64,000 bases of DNA, taken from Candidatus Latescibacterota bacterium. Its GTDB lineage: Bacteria > Latescibacterota > UBA2968 > UBA8231. The stretch spans positions 3,584,001 through 3,648,000 of the forward strand of contig OZ242005.1 in assembly GCA_965204725.1 (NCBI GenBank). The letters are read 5' to 3'. The notes beneath the pieces were generated by a model, which saw only the letters and a program-made list of their open reading frames with translations, did not search any database and was not told the DNA's origin. Every line of letters begins with the position of its first letter. Positions within the stretch are counted from its first letter, which is position 1. Below, piece after piece: positions 61,501 to 64,000 of this stretch. The position numbers and the translations under genes were made by a program.

Positions 61501-63932
61501 ACATCGCGCACGGCAGGCGTACCCGAGCTAGGACCGACAATCGTGAAGCGGATGGTCTCAGCTTTCTCCGAGGCAGAGGCCAACGTCGCCGTTATGGCGA
61601 TGGCCGTCGTCGCCCCGTTCTCGCGCACGGATGAGTGTGTCGAGGCCACGCTGGAGACCGCAACCGTGGGTGCCGGTGCGGGCTCGACCTCAATGGTGAA
61701 GGTCGTTGCCGCACTGTTGGCACCGCCCTCTTTGCTGTCGATGACCGTGTAAACGACTTTGGACGTACCGGCCGTCGTCGGCGTACCCGTAATCGTCCGC
61801 GTGGCCGGGTCAAACGACAGACCCGCTGGCAAGGTGGCCGACACGCTGTACGTCTTGTCGCCCTCACCGCCCTCAGCTTCCGGCAGTTCCTCCGGCTCAA
61901 TCGCCGTGCCCGCCGTGTAGGTGAAGACTGTGGCCCCCAAGTCCGTAGTGCCGAAACTAAGGGCACCCGGTGCGGTCGGCGTCGCCGCCGCGTCCGCATT
62001 TTTCAGCGTTATCGTCGCGGTGGAGACCGTGACGTCTTCGTCATCATCATTCTTGACCGGGCTTTTCAGCGCTCTCAAGAAGATCTTCTTATCCCCGCCT
62101 TGGAGCGGAGTGATGAAGACGGTCGTCTCGCCACTAACTTCGCCGGCCGGAATCGTCAGCGAACGGAGGGTAGCGGTGTAGTCGGTGTCGCGCTGCGCCG
62201 CATTATCATCCGCGGCGTCTCCATCATCCGGCCCATCCCTGCTAATGACCAAGGTCACCGTAACGTCCTCGTCAAAGACCTTGCCGTTTAAGGCTCCGGT
62301 CACCGTAACGTCTTGCTGACCCGACTCGGCCTTTAGCTCAGTCGGACTCACCGACAGCGTGATCGCATCGGTAAGCGTCTCGTCGTCAACGATGGTGATA
62401 TTCGCTCGGCCCGCAGTGTCACCCGCTCCGACCTGAGCTGTTACCTGAAAACCTAGCGAACCACCCGCTCCGTCGTTGTCCACGGGGGTCAGGACGAGCG
62501 TCGTCGTCGCCGAGGTCTCGCCGGATGGAATGGTGAGATCACTCACATCCACAGTGTAATCTATATCGCGACGCCCGGCACAATCAAAATCACCCGCACA
62601 ACCGGTGGTCAAAACAGTGAACCGGACACGCTGGTCATTCGTAACGGCAGCCTTCAAGGTAACTTTCAGCTCGATTTCCGTCCGCCCAGCATTCTCGCGT
62701 ACCATCGAAGGAGTCGCGGTCAGCCCATCGTCTTTAACATCAGCAATGGGGGCGTCCTTGATCAGGAAGAAAGCCGGCGGCTTACTAACCAAGAACTTCA
62801 AGTCTGCTTCCCTCAGGACAGCGTTTGCCGCACCGAAGATACAATCATCACCCCCCGATTGAGCTTGATCCGCTGCAGCCCCTGCCAAGCCATCAAGGTC
62901 TATGTCAATTCCGACGTCGCTTTCGCAAAGGTTATGACTAGCAGAAGGATCGGTGCCAGGAACACCACCAGCTGAATAGTCAAGGCCTACCTCGGTTTCA
63001 GTTAACTGCCCAGAAGCATTAAGCGTAAAGCTGTCGCCCGTATCCCCATCGAGGTTTAGGTCAATGCCTTTGAGGGTATCCGGCCCCACAGCCTCCACCG
63101 CGATATAGGCACCATACTCTTTGGTCTCTTTGGGATCAATGGAGATCGTCGCCTTCCCCGACACCCTTCTCCTTTTCAGGGATAGGGAGGCCGCCGTCGC
63201 CGAGTAATCCGAATCGCGCGCCAGTACATACTTGTTGACACTGTCCTGGTTAGCACCTTTCGAAGTAGCCGTATTGAACGCGGCCAAATCGTCAGCCCCA
63301 GTGATGCTAGTGGCATTCCTAAAAGCCAAGGTATAGTTATGGAGCCCCAATGAAAGGCTTCCATCCAAGGTGCCGGTCACGACGACAGAAGTCGAAGTCG
63401 CCTCATTGCTTAGATCGCCCGGAGCAAACGAAAGATCGAACGAACTGCTTATCTTGTCGTCGTCGATCAAGTTAAGCGTCACCCCCGATACCGGGGTGCC
63501 AGTCGGGTTGACGGAGTGAGAAGAACCGGCATTCCCTAGAATACCAATAGCAAGATCGTCAGCCCCTTGCCCATGGTTTGTACCGCGCAGCTTATCATTT
63601 ATGGGCGTGAAGGTGATCGTCCCGGTTGCCTCTTTCTTGCCCTTGGGAATTTTGATAGTGGGCAGTGCGATGCGGTAGCGCGTGTTTTGAGCGTTAGCCG
63701 CGGCCCCGGCTTCAATACTCAAGGTCACAACAATATCCGCCGCCGCATCAGCCGCGACTTTGGCTTTCGCCGTGATCTCGGTCTCACCAGCGTCCTCGCG
63801 CACACTGGTTTTGTCCAACGACAGGGTGACTGTCACGGCTGACGCAACACCAGCCCATCCCAGCACCAAACCAGCCGCCAGTAACCAAGAGCCGCCAGCC
63901 AACCGCCGGATAAACGACTTCATGTGTAGCAT
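58503..63932 (-). CDS. Large modular secreted or surface protein (Calx-beta-like repeats, three putative-Ig (He_PIG) repeats, two FN3-like modules, EF-hand/dockerin-like pair, cohesin-like domain, FlgD-Ig/T9SS-like CTD)
   Basis: SD GGAGG and signal peptide; repeats S(V/M)REN(A/G)..RD(V/T/I)DY..LTIP.G; 3x LPAGLSFD..TRTI(S/T)GTP; GFDDFFLLADMFG / DFDDFFVFADNFG; CTD NYPNPFNPATTIRY..SSGMYFYRL..KKMLLLK. Confidence 0.88.
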   Translation of the reverse strand: MLHMKSFIRRLAGGSWLLAAGLVLGWAGVASAVTVTLSLDKTSVREDAGETEITAKAKVAADAAADIVVTLSIEAGAAANAQNTRYRIALPTIKIPKGKKEATGTITFTPINDKLRGTNHGQGADDLAIGILGNAGSSHSVNPTGTPVSGVTLNLIDDDKISSSFDLSFAPGDLSNEATSTSVVVTGTLDGSLSLGLHNYTLAFRNATSITGADDLAAFNTATSKGANQDSVNKYVLARDSDYSATAASLSLKRRRVSGKATISIDPKETKEYGAYIAVEAVGPDTLKGIDLNLDGDTGDSFTLNASGQLTETEVGLDYSAGGVPGTDPSASHNLCESDVGIDIDLDGLAGAAADQAQSGGDDCIFGAANAVLREADLKFLVSKPPAFFLIKDAPIADVKDDGLTATPSMVRENAGRTEIELKVTLKAAVTNDQRVRFTVLTTGCAGDFDCAGRRDIDYTVDVSDLTIPSGETSATTTLVLTPVDNDGAGGSLGFQVTAQVGAGDTAGRANITIVDDETLTDAITLSVSPTELKAESGQQDVTVTGALNGKVFDEDVTVTLVISRDGPDDGDAADDNAAQRDTDYTATLRSLTIPAGEVSGETTVFITPLQGGDKKIFLRALKSPVKNDDDEDVTVSTATITLKNADAAATPTAPGALSFGTTDLGATVFTYTAGTAIEPEELPEAEGGEGDKTYSVSATLPAGLSFDPATRTITGTPTTAGTSKVVYTVIDSKEGGANSAATTFTIEVEPAPAPTVAVSSVASTHSSVRENGATTAIAITATLASASEKAETIRFTIVGPSSGTPAVRDVDYTAALGGSVVVAAGDLQGSTMLNLTPLDNDAVDGNKYFGVQASASGGSAQTDIKIADDETPSTSVSLSASPHTLSEDAAVTEVTLTATLDGKVLDEDAVVTIAVDPNSAATRDVDYSALFNPLLTIAAGSTSGSAALLIDPTADTADEGNETITLTASTPGLTSGSAQITISDHTPGPPEPGEEPLAFAEGASVDDQEYTAGTAIADMVLPEASVGTGDITYSVSELPAGLSFDADTRTISGTPEAASDGAVEVTYTATSGEATVTLTFSITVNAPLDELDLSGLFGMFLEGEGAGKANPATNHEEDGVIRAVVGESYTLTLPEVMGGTPPLTYSVSGLPAGLSFDPATRTISGTPDAVTDGSVEVTYTVTDAAGASSSVPFNFAVVPPSLDAPDAVVAQDYTGADGSGDQGGFVLLTWDLSADHATLDGYRVFREMPALGGEMMPWAMVDAVPGVSIARAIVATLDNAETNWGIAAERGNLTTHGAAKAAFVRADAVNHAYEQMAETLLASREAAQAGDAPVFAALLPEALAFAEGVAPKFNLVAAGTERSALTITEEAVRAIDNIAPVAVPTLQVLDAPGDAGGRIALTWALSPSDQLLQGVVAGALGPAAASPVAGVHGYGIYRQAAGSDEFVLVGRVNAGATSFVDETALNGVRYTYQVRAYDADNETASVEQTALAVRNQVVDSEGRVLYGLFGADNRVGFDDFFLLADMFGLTAEDPAFDPAFDLVSSAQPQIDFDDFFVFADNFGRSTGGAAKRVPMQAGLNADARLYLAAQTALPSVGEDFVLDVRLADFVEVQGYGLQVQYEADKLTFVEVSTDRPLGGGELASPQVLSDAGGVLTLAAHGEVLSDGEVGLHLVFRAATEIENTVVEITASELADGALAINRLALPVPVSLQTRPEVFSLVDNYPNPFNPATTIRYALPQAADVELTVYNVVGQPVRTLVAEAQSAGRYVVEWDATDDRGYSVSSGMYFYRLQAGDSFRQVKKMLLLK
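60431..61820. repeat. Intragenic direct repeats encoding the He_PIG cores (copies near 60431-60470, 60763-60818 and 61781-61820)
   Basis: 60431-60470 and 61781-61820 match at 39 of 40 nt; 60763-60789 is identical to 60427-60453. Confidence 0.85.
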
Positions 63933-64000
63933 TACTCAACCTCCCCAGGGAAAGCATCCCTGATTGTGAAAGAAAAATTAAAAGATGGATTTGCCTTAAA

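Noticed and set aside
58503-63932. Diversity-generating retroelement or CRISPR array behind the repeats in the giant gene
   Set aside because: The repeats are in-frame domain duplications; there is no reverse transcriptase, no adenine-specific TR/VR pair, no regularly spaced repeat-spacer array and no cas genes.

Overview
A GC-rich bacterial chromosomal segment. Every gene I can support (about 45 CDS plus a complete 16S-tRNA(Ile)-23S-5S operon) is on the minus strand, mostly in tightly coupled operons. Gene content (BamA/Skp/Lol, a TonB-dependent receptor, several secreted proteins with an FCB-type 'YPNPFNP...SG.YFY...K(M)LLL(K/R)' C-terminal sorting domain, McsA-McsB-ClpC) points to a diderm FCB-superphylum organism, possibly Latescibacterota-like; this is an inference that needs 16S placement. 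Housekeeping blocks are ilvE, rsmA-holB, rimI-tsaB-ruvBAC-yebC, an EF-G paralog, pyrB, bamA-skp-fabZ, prfB (programmed +1 frameshift), ftsK-lolA, tsaD and moaDE. The best candidate for an undescribed system lies at about 4.3-11.4 kb: an actin-fold (GlmL/MutL-type) ATPase with no cognate B12 mutase in the window, a barrel-hybrid/KOW protein, a DUF6754-like protein with an FN3-like extracytoplasmic module, three more membrane proteins and two small conserved ORFs. These sit between an orphan peptide-binding protein plus ilvE and a TonB-dependent receptor plus a secreted partner, which suggests a non-ABC, ATP-driven uptake or membrane machine. Other points of note: the lipid A genes are missing from the bamA-skp-fabZ locus; the McsAB-ClpC module lacks ctsR and one ClpC pArg pocket appears degenerate; there is an unknown large beta-barrel-like protein, an unannotated 38-aa basic protein and a 1809-aa modular surface protein with a low-GC insert; and the 16S mismatches the 338/341 primer site. 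I saw no CRISPR array, transposase, integrase or prophage. Family assignments come from motif recognition by eye, not from database searches.
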